A stretch of 64,000 nt of DNA from a candidate division WWE3 bacterium (GTDB lineage Bacteria; Patescibacteriota; WWE3; UBA101185; UBA10185), in NCBI GenBank assembly GCA_052035175.1, contig JBPOHV010000001.1:459338-523337 (forward strand), read 5' to 3'. The position numbers were made by a program, and so were the translations under genes. Positions 26,223-36,195 of the stretch are shown piece by piece. Every line of letters starts with the position of its first letter. Position 1 is the first letter of the stretch. The notes beneath the pieces were generated by a model that saw only the letters and a program-made list of their open reading frames with translations, was not told the origin of the DNA and made no database searches.

Positions 26223-28382
26223 TCAGCCGCCGATCTTGGCAGGAACTTGGTTAGCAGCCTTTTTAAGATGGAGACCGTGTTGTGTTTTTTCCCAGTGATG
26301 TGGTTTAAATAACAATTGATAAAATGCCATTACTGCAGCAATACTCATCAAAAACCAATAAAAGGGTACTAAAAAGACGTATTTCATGAGTTCCCAGTGG
26401 CCTCTTTTTGCAAGGCCTATCATATAGTTGTACAAGTATAAAAAGTTGCCGAATACCAGTGAAATAGCCCCCATATAAAACACAGTTGTTGGATAAAAAG
26501 ATTCAATAGTTGGTCCTACATATTTATATAAAACAAAATATGAAATAGTCATCGCCCACCAGATAGGATTAATCAAAATGAATATAATTCTCAAACCAAT
26601 TATCAACTGGAATAGTAATGCATGTGCGCCGTTTGTTCTAAAGAAGTTTATTGGGTCGCGCATGTGTACCTGATATGTTTGCATGTAGCCTTTGAGCCAG
26701 CGTGATCTTTGGCGGATCCAGTTCTTTGTATTGCTGTTTGCTTCTTCTAGTGTTACAGAATCAATAATTGCAGTTTTGTATCCTTCTTTAAATAGCCTTA
26801 CTCCCAAATCACAATCTTCTGTTACATTAAATGGATCCCAACCTTCAAGCTCTCGTAATTTCTGAGTTTTGAAATGATTGCTTGTGCCACCTAAAGGTAT
26901 ATAAGTGTCGATGCTTTGTAAACCTGGTAAAACTACATCAAACCACAAAGAATATTCCGCAGTAAATAAGCGTGTTAATAAATTGTGGTGTGGGTTGTAA
27001 TAATTGAGTTTTGCCTGGACGCAGACTGTTTTTTCACCAAGCTGTGTGAACGCAAGGTATGCTTTTTTTAACTGCATAGGCTCAGTTTTATCTTCAGCGT
27101 CATATATTACTATATATTCACCTTTTGCTTGTAACAACCCGTAGTTGCACGCTTTTGGTTTTGTTTTTGGTGCTGAATGAGGAGTAACTACTATTCTAAA
27201 GTAATCGGGTAAACTCATACTTTGTGCCACATGTATAGTTTTAGCATCGTCTTCTTCAAGTAACAAAATGACATCAAGTTTATTTTTTGGCCAATCAATA
27301 TTGTTGATAGCTTCGATGAAATGAGGCAAAACTTCGGATTCTTTATATAAAGGACACAAGATCGTATAAACCGGTAATGTTTTGTCGTTTATACTGGCTA
27401 ATTGTGCGTCTGAAAAAGCCAGTTCTGGCGGAAAATAGAGGCTTTTTGATATAACGAATACGCTGAAAATGACATCTGCAAAATAAATAGCAGTTAAAAA
27501 AGCAATAAGGCCAATAAGTGTGTACATGTAATTTGTATAGAGTCCATAACCTAATGCAAGTATTCCAGATACTATTATAATTTTTTGCCATCTTTGAAAT
27601 GTGTATATAGCCGATTTTGAATGATGTCTATTTGTGTGAGTTACATATTTCTTTTTCCTATAAATAACGCCAGATTCAATGTTATAGACTCTTCTATTCT
27701 TAAACCTAGTTTTAAAAGCGCACTTAGCTATATCAAAACCTGTTTTTAGGATACCAACCTTTGATGCGCCTTCTTCTCGAGCTTCAAACTCTATGTCAAC
27801 TTTGTCGATTTTGTATCCCAATTCTTGTGCCGCGAATAAAAGTGGGATATCAAATGTCCATGGTGTTACGAGAGACTTGTCTATTTCTATTCCTATACTT
27901 TTTCTAAAAATCTTGAGACCCGATTGAATGTCTGTATTTATACCAGCCAGCAATCTACCAAAAACAAATACCCCCAATCTAGACAATATTCTGCGTAGAA
28001 GAGGTGCTTTAAAGACTTTTCTGTTTGCTACAACTACTCCTATTGTTTCGTCTTGCATCTTGGCATACATCTCTGGTAGGTATTTGGGTGAGTACTGCAA
28101 ATCACCGTCTATAAAAGCTATCAATTTGGCATCAGATACAGATATACATTCAAGTAGCGTATACCCTTTGCCAGGTTTACCTTGCTTTTCGTGTAATAAT
28201 ATTTGATTCTGATCTTTAATTTTGTGTATTTCTTTGAGTGTGTTGTCGGTAGATTTATCGACGCCAAAAAGTATCTTATAGTCGATATTTAGTGGGTCAA
28301 GTGCACTTTTTATACCAGCCACCATTTTGGCAATATTCTTTTCTTCGTTTTTGACTGGTACTATTATGTCTAAGTCTCTCAT
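26223..28382 (-). CDS. Tandem GT2 fusion: polyprenyl-phosphate glycosyltransferase-like (DPM1/GtrB-like) domain, TM segment, then a processive synthase-type GT2 with a QxxRW motif and C-terminal TMs
   Basis: The N-terminal domain has IIVPVKNEEKNI...FIDGDLQY. The second domain has LCPLYKESE...YDAEDKTEP...NWIRQRSRWLKGY (the Q/RxxRW box). It is flanked by multiple TM helices. Confidence 0.65.
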   Translation of the reverse strand: MRDLDIIVPVKNEEKNIAKMVAGIKSALDPLNIDYKILFGVDKSTDNTLKEIHKIKDQNQILLHEKQGKPGKGYTLLECISVSDAKLIAFIDGDLQYSPKYLPEMYAKMQDETIGVVVANRKVFKAPLLRRILSRLGVFVFGRLLAGINTDIQSGLKIFRKSIGIEIDKSLVTPWTFDIPLLFAAQELGYKIDKVDIEFEAREEGASKVGILKTGFDIAKCAFKTRFKNRRVYNIESGVIYRKKKYVTHTNRHHSKSAIYTFQRWQKIIIVSGILALGYGLYTNYMYTLIGLIAFLTAIYFADVIFSVFVISKSLYFPPELAFSDAQLASINDKTLPVYTILCPLYKESEVLPHFIEAINNIDWPKNKLDVILLLEEDDAKTIHVAQSMSLPDYFRIVVTPHSAPKTKPKACNYGLLQAKGEYIVIYDAEDKTEPMQLKKAYLAFTQLGEKTVCVQAKLNYYNPHHNLLTRLFTAEYSLWFDVVLPGLQSIDTYIPLGGTSNHFKTQKLRELEGWDPFNVTEDCDLGVRLFKEGYKTAIIDSVTLEEANSNTKNWIRQRSRWLKGYMQTYQVHMRDPINFFRTNGAHALLFQLIIGLRIIFILINPIWWAMTISYFVLYKYVGPTIESFYPTTVFYMGAISLVFGNFLYLYNYMIGLAKRGHWELMKYVFLVPFYWFLMSIAAVMAFYQLLFKPHHWEKTQHGLHLKKAANQVPAKIGG

Positions 28383-28511
28383 ATTTCATATAAACCCAAC
28401 TGCAGTGCCCTGGCCGGATAGTAAAGATGATTATACCCGATTATCTGGCTATTTCAACTTTTATGGTATATGTTGCCAGTATATAGTAAAGTATTTAATT
28501 ATGGTGCTTAT

Positions 28512-29186
28512 ATGAGACTATTACTTGTAGAAGACGAAGTTAAATTGTCTAGCAACCTTAAAAAGCTATTAAAAGGGGAGTCCTATAGTATTGATGTCTC
28601 TGATACAGGGGCTTATGCACTTGAACTAGCTAATACGACAAATTATGACGTAATCATTCTAGACCTTGGTTTGCTAGATATGTCTGGCTTGGAGGTTTGT
28701 AAAAAGTTTAGAGAGCAGTTAATAACTTCGCCTATACTTATACTTACTGCGAGAGATGATGTTTTTTCTAAAGTAAAAGCATTGGATTCTGGGGCAGATG
28801 ACTATTTGGTGAAGCCTTTTGAATTTAATGAACTTACCGCACGCTTACGTGCTTTGCTTCGTAGAAATACGGCAGTACTAGATACTATATATAGTATTGA
28901 TTCTTTAGAGATATATCCAGATAAAAAATTGTGTGTTCGCGAAGGTCGTGACGTTGCGTTGAGTGCAAAAGAATACGCATTGCTAGAGTATTTGATACGA
29001 AATAAAGACAAAGTAATCTCAAAAAGCCAGTTGATCGATCATGTATGGGATGACGGTTTGGATCCATTTTCTAATGTTGTCGACGTATATATTGGTTATG
29101 TACGCAATAAAATAGATAAGGCATTTCCAGACGCCAACCCATTGGTACATACAATAAAGGGATTAGGTTATAAACTATCGTTATGA
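28512..29186 (+). CDS. OmpR-family response regulator (ORF-track start 28470)
   Basis: A receiver domain MRLLLVEDE...DVIILDLGLLDMSG...LTAR...LVKPF plus a winged-helix effector domain. It is divergent from the glycan locus. Confidence 0.85.
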   Translation: MRLLLVEDEVKLSSNLKKLLKGESYSIDVSDTGAYALELANTTNYDVIILDLGLLDMSGLEVCKKFREQLITSPILILTARDDVFSKVKALDSGADDYLVKPFEFNELTARLRALLRRNTAVLDTIYSIDSLEIYPDKKLCVREGRDVALSAKEYALLEYLIRNKDKVISKSQLIDHVWDDGLDPFSNVVDVYIGYVRNKIDKAFPDANPLVHTIKGLGYKLSL

Positions 29187-30160
29187 CAGAATTTGAAAAA
29201 GCTCGTGCAAAGCTAACCTTATATTATTTTTTACTTAGTTTCGTGTTGTTAACTTTTTTTAGCATTATGGCTATAGGAGCAGAGCGTACTGCCTTCAAGA
29301 AAATTACTGATGCACTGAGTAATCCTACCGAAAGACCAGTTTTGACAAAAGTTTTGTCTACAAGTTTGAATGAGTTTGATAGCGATTTTATAAAAACTTT
29401 ACTTATTTTTGATCTGGCGTCGTTAATAGTTGCTATGTGGTTTGGGTATTATATGAGCGGCCAGACATTGCGTCCAATAGCTGAAATGTTGACAAGGCAC
29501 GAAGAATTTTCTCAAGACGTTTCGCATGAACTTAGAACACCACTTACAAATATTTCTCTAGAGTTAGAAGTTTTGAACCGTCAAAGTTTGGATGTTGAAA
29601 CAAAAAAGTCTTTATCTAGTATTACGAGCGAAGTAACACGGATGCAAAGATTGATAAATGGGCTTTTGTCCTTGGTACATATGCAAAACCCTTATGACAA
29701 ATCGATTTTCAAACCTGTCGATCTTGTAGATATAAGCATAAAGGCATTTGATACATTCAAGCGTTTAGCAGAAGAAAAAAATATTACACTTCATTTTAAA
29801 TATTCAAAAAAACCTATTTTAGTTACAGGAATTTCAGATCAAGTATATCAATTGGTTGTGATTCTTTTGGAAAATGCAATTAAATACACAAGTTCACGCG
29901 GCAGCGTTGCGATCAACATATATGCAACCCCAGACAGTGGCATTATAGAAATAACTGATACTGGCGTGGGTATAAAAAAATCTGAGCAGCGTAATATATT
30001 CAAAAGATTTTATAAGGGCGATAAGTCTTTGGGTTTTGGTCTAGGCTTATCGATAGCCCAAAAAATTGTCAAAGATAATAAAGGTAAATTGATATTAGAT
30101 GATACTTATGTCAAAGGGTCAAAATTTGTTGTCAGTTTTGACCTCTTAAGTTCTTCTTAA
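29183..30160 (+). CDS. Sensor histidine kinase (two TMs, HisKA plus HATPase_c)
   Basis: H-box VSHELRTPL, N-box LLENAIKYT, G1 ITDTGVGI, G2 GLGLSIAQ. There is a 4-nt overlap with the regulator. Confidence 0.8.
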   Translation: MTEFEKARAKLTLYYFLLSFVLLTFFSIMAIGAERTAFKKITDALSNPTERPVLTKVLSTSLNEFDSDFIKTLLIFDLASLIVAMWFGYYMSGQTLRPIAEMLTRHEEFSQDVSHELRTPLTNISLELEVLNRQSLDVETKKSLSSITSEVTRMQRLINGLLSLVHMQNPYDKSIFKPVDLVDISIKAFDTFKRLAEEKNITLHFKYSKKPILVTGISDQVYQLVVILLENAIKYTSSRGSVAINIYATPDSGIIEITDTGVGIKKSEQRNIFKRFYKGDKSLGFGLGLSIAQKIVKDNKGKLILDDTYVKGSKFVVSFDLLSSS

Positions 30161-30182
30161 GTTAGTATGGTAATTTAATAAT

Positions 30183-30800
30183 ATGAAATATTCTTATTTA
30201 ACTAAATATATAGCTTTTCTTTTGGTAATTACTTTGGTTGTAGTGCCTACCGTGTATGCAAATCACACTGGGGTTGTTGATGACCATGACAAGAATGGTG
30301 TCGGTTTGCTACGTAAAGACGGCACTGAAAGACCTATGAAAGAAGCAGTTTCATGCGAAGTCCTAGTAAATCGAATTGAAAAACGCATAGAAGTAAATGA
30401 AAGAATTCTTGGTAATCGAAAAGAGGCTTATAATAGATTGTCTACAAGATTAACCAACCTTATCGAGCGTTTGAAAGAAAAAGATCTCGATACGTCAAAA
30501 TTGGAAGAACATTTACTTGTTTTAAATGAGAAGTTCGAAACCGCATTAAACAGCAATAGCTCATATGTTGCAAAATTAAATGATGCTAAAGGTCATGCTT
30601 GCGATGAAGATAGAACTGTTTTCAAAAGCCTCGTAGAAGATGCGCGTAAGTTGTTGGAGCAGACAAGAACAGATGCAAAAGCTGTGAGAGAGTATTTTAG
30701 AACTGTTATATTAGAAGATTTGAAAGCATTAAATGCTGAGTTTGCGATAAATAAGCACAATAATGAAACACGCGTAAGAGAAATTAATCCTTTGAATTAG
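30183..30800 (+). CDS. Hypothetical secreted coiled-coil protein
   Basis: Signal peptide ending ...VYA, then helical heptad-like sequence. Confidence 0.4.
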   Translation: MKYSYLTKYIAFLLVITLVVVPTVYANHTGVVDDHDKNGVGLLRKDGTERPMKEAVSCEVLVNRIEKRIEVNERILGNRKEAYNRLSTRLTNLIERLKEKDLDTSKLEEHLLVLNEKFETALNSNSSYVAKLNDAKGHACDEDRTVFKSLVEDARKLLEQTRTDAKAVREYFRTVILEDLKALNAEFAINKHNNETRVREINPLN

Positions 30801-32034
30801 CGTTAGTCGGTGCAATCTTTCTTGAATACCATCTGTTGGTTTTGATGCCTTGTTCTGGACCTAAACTTCTAGGAGTTAGTTCGTTGAAATCTTTCGGTTT
30901 TGGTAATCTTACGTTATCTTCTGACTCTCTTATAGCTGTTATTGGTAAAGTTGGTTGTACTGTAATCGGAGCTTTTTCAACGCCTAATCTTTCGAGTACT
31001 CGTCGGGTTTTTATTGCAGCTGCAGCCTCTGCTAGAGAAGAGAAAAGTAATTTGGTTTGTATCAATGCGGTTATCTCAATTTTCAATTTTTTTTGCTCTG
31101 CCTCAGTTAGTGAGGTTTCTATAGCGTAGAGTCGCAATTCATTTGCAAGTAAATCGGCCAGCTTAGCGATACTATTTGGTGTATCTAATTTTACAGTGTG
31201 CGGGTTTACTTCTGGGTCATGTAACGCTTTGATAATGCCTATTCGTTTTGCAGCTTTGTTTCTTTTTATATTTAAAGGGCGGTCAGCCTCATCGTCTGGG
31301 TTGGCAACAAATGCTTCAATTTCAGGTAGCTTAAAAGTCTCTACTGCCATAGCTTTATATCTATTATAGGTAGTTTTTAATTCTGCTTGTACTTGGTTAT
31401 ATGAAGATGTATTAGTAGCTGTAAGTTTGTTTGCGGAGTATTTATGTATAGTATTTATAGCTCTACCTATCCAAATGGCTGCGATATTAAGTCTTATTCT
31501 TTCATTTTCTCCTGATGTATCTTGAGATATGTCTACTGCGTATTTTTTCCAATATACCTTTAAATCTTCTTCTAATGCGCTGTAGTTTTGATCTTCTAAG
31601 TGATTGATGTATGTGTCAGCCATTGCTACTGCGTATGCTTCGCTGGCGGTGGTTGGGGGCATATTAGGGCTCATATCATACGTATTCGTACTATAGAGTG
31701 TACGCATTTTGTCAACATCGGGATCAGCTTGAAGCACAAACTTTGGTGCTGGGTTAACCTTGATCTGCTTGAAGAGTTCGAACGCAGTTCTTGCATCATC
31801 TAACTCTTGTTGTGTTATGTCGGTACTTTCTTTTGTACTTGCATAAGCTGGTAGTGCCTTGACGGTAAGACTTGGTGCATTACGCTTATTAGTATGCTGT
31901 GTTCTCTGCTTATCAACTTTAAATGGCGCCTTGCCGTTTAGTTTTGCTTCTTGACCAGCGATATCTAAAAAAAGAGGCAAGTAATCATCTGGCAGGTCAT
32001 TGGCTACTTTTTCAAAATTGGATCCTAGGGGCAT
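30784..32034 (-). CDS. Hypothetical protein
   Basis: Intact 416-aa ORF. No TM segment and no motif. Confidence 0.45.
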   Translation of the reverse strand: MPLGSNFEKVANDLPDDYLPLFLDIAGQEAKLNGKAPFKVDKQRTQHTNKRNAPSLTVKALPAYASTKESTDITQQELDDARTAFELFKQIKVNPAPKFVLQADPDVDKMRTLYSTNTYDMSPNMPPTTASEAYAVAMADTYINHLEDQNYSALEEDLKVYWKKYAVDISQDTSGENERIRLNIAAIWIGRAINTIHKYSANKLTATNTSSYNQVQAELKTTYNRYKAMAVETFKLPEIEAFVANPDDEADRPLNIKRNKAAKRIGIIKALHDPEVNPHTVKLDTPNSIAKLADLLANELRLYAIETSLTEAEQKKLKIEITALIQTKLLFSSLAEAAAAIKTRRVLERLGVEKAPITVQPTLPITAIRESEDNVRLPKPKDFNELTPRSLGPEQGIKTNRWYSRKIAPTNANSKD

Positions 32035-32066
32035 ATATAGATTATACTTTATTCAACTTAATTTTG

Positions 32067-32483
32067 TTAACTATTAATCAATTTTACAGAAAATACTGCG
32101 CGTTTTTTGTCTCCATTGTTATCTTCGATTTCCATTTCGCCAGATTCTCGGTAATACTCAACAATCTCTTGCGATAGTAATTCTTTGTTTTCTTTCATTG
32201 TTTGTCTGATATCTTTTAGTTTTTCTTCAATTTCTTTAAATTTTGGTGCCAAAAGTGTTTTTGCTTTTTTTTCATTGAGTTGACTTTTGACTTTATTAAC
32301 TTCTTCGAGCACATCTTGGTAAGAATTATCTTCTTCAAGGTACTCGTTAAAAATTTCTTTAACTTTATTCATTTCTGCTTGCAGGTCTGAAATTATTTTT
32401 AATCGTTTTTTTATAATATCTGTAGTCATAAGAAATATTGTATCAGGTTTGTGTATATATGTTGAGATATATCTTCTTGACAA
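32067..32483 (-). CDS. Hypothetical coiled-coil protein
   Basis: Lys/Glu-rich helical 138-aa ORF. Confidence 0.4.
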   Translation of the reverse strand: MSRRYISTYIHKPDTIFLMTTDIIKKRLKIISDLQAEMNKVKEIFNEYLEEDNSYQDVLEEVNKVKSQLNEKKAKTLLAPKFKEIEEKLKDIRQTMKENKELLSQEIVEYYRESGEMEIEDNNGDKKRAVFSVKLINS

Positions 32484-32513
32484 AACAGGTATATAGGATT
32501 TATCTTACATTGA

Positions 32514-35500
32514 ATGAGTATTTTTGTATTCGTTCACAATATTATTAATCGAAAATTATTTTTTTCCTCAACAATTTTTCTAACGCTTCTAACATCTTCA
32601 TTTTTAGTTTCAAATATATCTTACGCAGCGACAGATTGGTCTATGGCTGGAGGAAATCCTCAGCGTAATAGTTGGACACCCGATGAAGCTCCCGGTGGTA
32701 AAAAAATATCTTGTGTAGTTCCTATAGAACCATACGTTCAATTTGAAGCTCAACCTATTGTTGCGAATAATAAAGTTTTTGTATCTACTGCCAAAGGTTT
32801 GTATGCATTCAATATTGCTGATTGTACCCAAGCATGGGCAAACCCTTTTGCTACAGAGCTACCTTTAGGTAACTCGCCAACTTATTCAAACGGGAAATTG
32901 TATGTAAGTGGTACAGATCGCAAACTTTATGCACTAGATGCAACTAATGGTACAAAACTTTGGGAATTTATTGCTGATGGTCCTTTTGAAGTAAATCCTT
33001 TGGTAGTTGATGGAGTTGTTTATGCCGGAAACCATGATGGAAATATGTATGCTATTGATGCTACTACCGGACAAAAGCTATGGAATTACAACGTAGGTGC
33101 TCAAATATTCCAATCTGCGACATACAATAACAATAAAATCTTTTTTGGTGCAATGAATAGCAAAGCATATGCTTTAAATATTGACGGTACATTATCTTGG
33201 AGTACTCCATTGCCAGTCATGGGTTGGAGAACTTTTTGGCCAGTGGTTTATCAAGACAAAATAATATGGACACGTACAGATTTTGCACGAAACAGTAATT
33301 ATCCCAATGATTTTTCTGGTGAATCTTCTATGGTAAAAGAAAGAGATTATTTGTTTGGACCAAATCCAAATGACTCTGGAAGTATAGCTGGTCAAGTTTA
33401 TACACAAACACAACCAAATAGTTGGTTACCAGTCAATTCAAAATATGCAGACTTAAGCGTAAATCCAATAATACCTGGAAACAGTGTTGTGAATTATTTG
33501 GAAGCAAATATACAAAGCAGAAATCTTTTTATCCTCAATCAAAGTGATGGCGTCGAAAACTTTTTTCAACTTGACGACGATAACAATGATGGCTTAATAA
33601 ATTCAAGTGATACTCCAGATGCAGCTCCATTTCTTACATATTCTGGAGATAATAATACTGGGTATCCACCAGTAGTTAGTGGTTATAATGGTCTTATCTA
33701 TACAAGAAACCCAATCTATCAAAGCGGAGTTCTTTCTGGATCTATGGCGCAAGGTTGGAATTATGGTACACCTTTGGTAAGTATAGCTTTATCGAGCCAA
33801 AGTGGTACTAGTCCAGATTGGCCAATGGATGAATATGTAGGATTATCAGCAGGCGGCAAATATTTACATTGGAGCGTGATTTTGGGAAGAAATATTGGTG
33901 GTGTAGATTTGTCCAAACCAAATGCCGCATTTCCTGGATTTGATAAGACTCGCCAATTTAGATATATAAATCGAAGTCAGCCAGGTACAAATAGTGGTTT
34001 ATTTCCTGTTGGATTCAATACACAAACACACAAATTCTTTTGGTATCCATCACAAGTTCAACCAGATAGCCAGTTATACTTCGGCCACAATTATCAGACT
34101 GGACCTGTTGTATACGGCACCAATGTTGTTTCTACTGTCAGTAATTCTTTGGTAGTTTTTGCTCCTACTGGAAGTGCTTCATTAAAACCTGTAGCTTTAA
34201 GCCCGACCAATACGCCTTCTGCTGCTACCACTGTTTCAAATACAATTTTACGAGAAAGATTAATTAATGAAATCACCAAAATTGTTACACCAGATTCAAA
34301 TGGTAATTTTGTGACCTTTAAACCTGGTTATACAAATGTAGGTAATTTTGATTCTCATGCGTATGCTTCGCTTGGAGATAATATTTTGGATTATTGGAGT
34401 AATCCTGCAGAAACTATAACTGCTCTTATTTCGACACTTCCTTATTTAGATGAACCTTTAAAAACACAAACCCGTTCTTATATACAACATATATATGCAA
34501 CTTATCCTCCATATCAGTACACGCATGTTGGTTGGGTAGAAGGTTCATTTAGACAAAATTTTGTTTGGCCAGAAGCAATGATCAACAATACTTTGCAAAA
34601 AGTTGGTGTTTCAAGTTTTTACAGTGGGATAACTCCGTTCAATGTATATAGTATGTATAAATATGCCGAAGTTGGTCTTGGTGATCCTGTTGCTGTTTAT
34701 CAAAACGCTAAAAATATTTTACCGCCTCAAGTTCCTTCTTTTGCAACAGACACTTATTTAAAAACATATACACATGTCTTAAATAGTTATATTGCTGGGT
34801 ATATTGGTTATGTAAAATTGGCTCAATTAGCTCAAACTACTGATAATTATAATGCTTATATTACTGAAAGAGATCGTTTGTTGACTCTTCGTAAAAATAA
34901 TTGGGCTACTACACCTCCTACTGCAGGTATAAATAATGCAGCACCCAAACTTTATTTTCATACTTTAATTACTGGTTGGAATTTTATGTATATGGTACCT
35001 GAGTTGGCAGATTATTTGAGTGCAAATATTCTTTCTGCTGTGAATACTACTATTAATATGTATACAGATAAAGTTCCTTATCCTGTACCAGGAACTAATA
35101 ACGGACCACGAGCCCCTTATTGGTTTATTCCTGAGAATAAAGAAGTACAAGGTGAAAATGGTATTACACCTTACTATCAAACTTTTGGTATTTTCCAAGC
35201 AAAAGCTTTAATTTCAAAAAGCACTCAAACTGAACTAAGTAAATATATTAGTATGCCAGTTACTCCTGTTGGAGATTTATTCTACATACAAAATTTAGTT
35301 GCAGTTCTAAATGCACCCGATGATACTGCTCCAGTAGTAACAATCACTTCACCAAGTAATAATTCTATATTGACTAATGTAGTATCTGTTACAGCTGCCG
35401 CACAAGATAATGGGTGGTTGAGTAATGTTTCTTTTTACAAAGACGCAGACTTGTTATTCACTGATACATCAGCACCTTACGAGTATGATCTTGACACTAC

Positions 35501-36158
35501 GCAGTTTACAAACGGTGACTACACACTCACTGCAATTGCTACTGATGCGTCGAACAATACAGCGTTCTATTCTATTAATATAACTGTTGATAATGTTTTA
35601 CCTGATACTACAAACCCAACAGTTGATATAACGCAGCCAGCAGATAATACTGTAGTTGCTGGTAATGTAACTTTAACTGCTAACGCATCAGACGATGTAG
35701 CATTGTCGGGCGTCCAGTTTAAGCTTGATGATATAGACTTAGGCGTATTAGATACTGAAGCACCCTATACTGTAGATTTAGATACTACTTTATATAGTAA
35801 TAGCACTCATACAATAAGTGCAGTGGCATACGATACATCGGGAAACACAAGTACAGATCAAATTTCTTTGACTTTTGATAATGAACTGCCGGAGGCACAG
35901 ATTACAAGTCCGCTACCAGATGAAACTCTATTTGGTTTAGTTACAATTTCTGCAAATGCCATAGATAATATTGGAATCTCCACGGTACAGTTTAAACTCG
36001 ACGATTCAGAGTTAGGAGCTCTTTTGATTGAATCTCCTTATACAGTTGACTTTGACTCAACTCAGGTTACAAATGGAGCTCATACGTTATCTGTTGTTGC
36101 ACTCGATACTGTTGGTAATGTCACTAATCATACAATAAACATTATTGTTCAAAATTAG
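32514..36158 (+). CDS. Large secreted protein: N-terminal PQQ/BamB-like beta-propeller repeats, a central domain of unknown function, and four C-terminal bacterial Ig-like domains
   Basis: Signal peptide, then repeats KLYALDATNGTKLWEF and MYAIDATTGQKLWNY. The C-terminus has four ~95-aa repeats of the form P..V.IT.P.......V.....A.D..G...V.F..D......D...PY....D.T....G.HT....A.D..GN. Confidence 0.6.
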   Translation: MSIFVFVHNIINRKLFFSSTIFLTLLTSSFLVSNISYAATDWSMAGGNPQRNSWTPDEAPGGKKISCVVPIEPYVQFEAQPIVANNKVFVSTAKGLYAFNIADCTQAWANPFATELPLGNSPTYSNGKLYVSGTDRKLYALDATNGTKLWEFIADGPFEVNPLVVDGVVYAGNHDGNMYAIDATTGQKLWNYNVGAQIFQSATYNNNKIFFGAMNSKAYALNIDGTLSWSTPLPVMGWRTFWPVVYQDKIIWTRTDFARNSNYPNDFSGESSMVKERDYLFGPNPNDSGSIAGQVYTQTQPNSWLPVNSKYADLSVNPIIPGNSVVNYLEANIQSRNLFILNQSDGVENFFQLDDDNNDGLINSSDTPDAAPFLTYSGDNNTGYPPVVSGYNGLIYTRNPIYQSGVLSGSMAQGWNYGTPLVSIALSSQSGTSPDWPMDEYVGLSAGGKYLHWSVILGRNIGGVDLSKPNAAFPGFDKTRQFRYINRSQPGTNSGLFPVGFNTQTHKFFWYPSQVQPDSQLYFGHNYQTGPVVYGTNVVSTVSNSLVVFAPTGSASLKPVALSPTNTPSAATTVSNTILRERLINEITKIVTPDSNGNFVTFKPGYTNVGNFDSHAYASLGDNILDYWSNPAETITALISTLPYLDEPLKTQTRSYIQHIYATYPPYQYTHVGWVEGSFRQNFVWPEAMINNTLQKVGVSSFYSGITPFNVYSMYKYAEVGLGDPVAVYQNAKNILPPQVPSFATDTYLKTYTHVLNSYIAGYIGYVKLAQLAQTTDNYNAYITERDRLLTLRKNNWATTPPTAGINNAAPKLYFHTLITGWNFMYMVPELADYLSANILSAVNTTINMYTDKVPYPVPGTNNGPRAPYWFIPENKEVQGENGITPYYQTFGIFQAKALISKSTQTELSKYISMPVTPVGDLFYIQNLVAVLNAPDDTAPVVTITSPSNNSILTNVVSVTAAAQDNGWLSNVSFYKDADLLFTDTSAPYEYDLDTTQFTNGDYTLTAIATDASNNTAFYSINITVDNVLPDTTNPTVDITQPADNTVVAGNVTLTANASDDVALSGVQFKLDDIDLGVLDTEAPYTVDLDTTLYSNSTHTISAVAYDTSGNTSTDQISLTFDNELPEAQITSPLPDETLFGLVTISANAIDNIGISTVQFKLDDSELGALLIESPYTVDFDSTQVTNGAHTLSVVALDTVGNVTNHTINIIVQN
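35320..36150 (+). repeat. Four tandem ~285-nt Ig-like-domain coding repeats (diverged)
   Basis: Seen as a periodic protein motif (TSP.....V...V.A.A.D...S.VQFKLDD..LG). Confidence 0.5.
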
Positions 36159-36195
36159 TATTGACATACCACTTAATTTTCTTCACCATATACAC

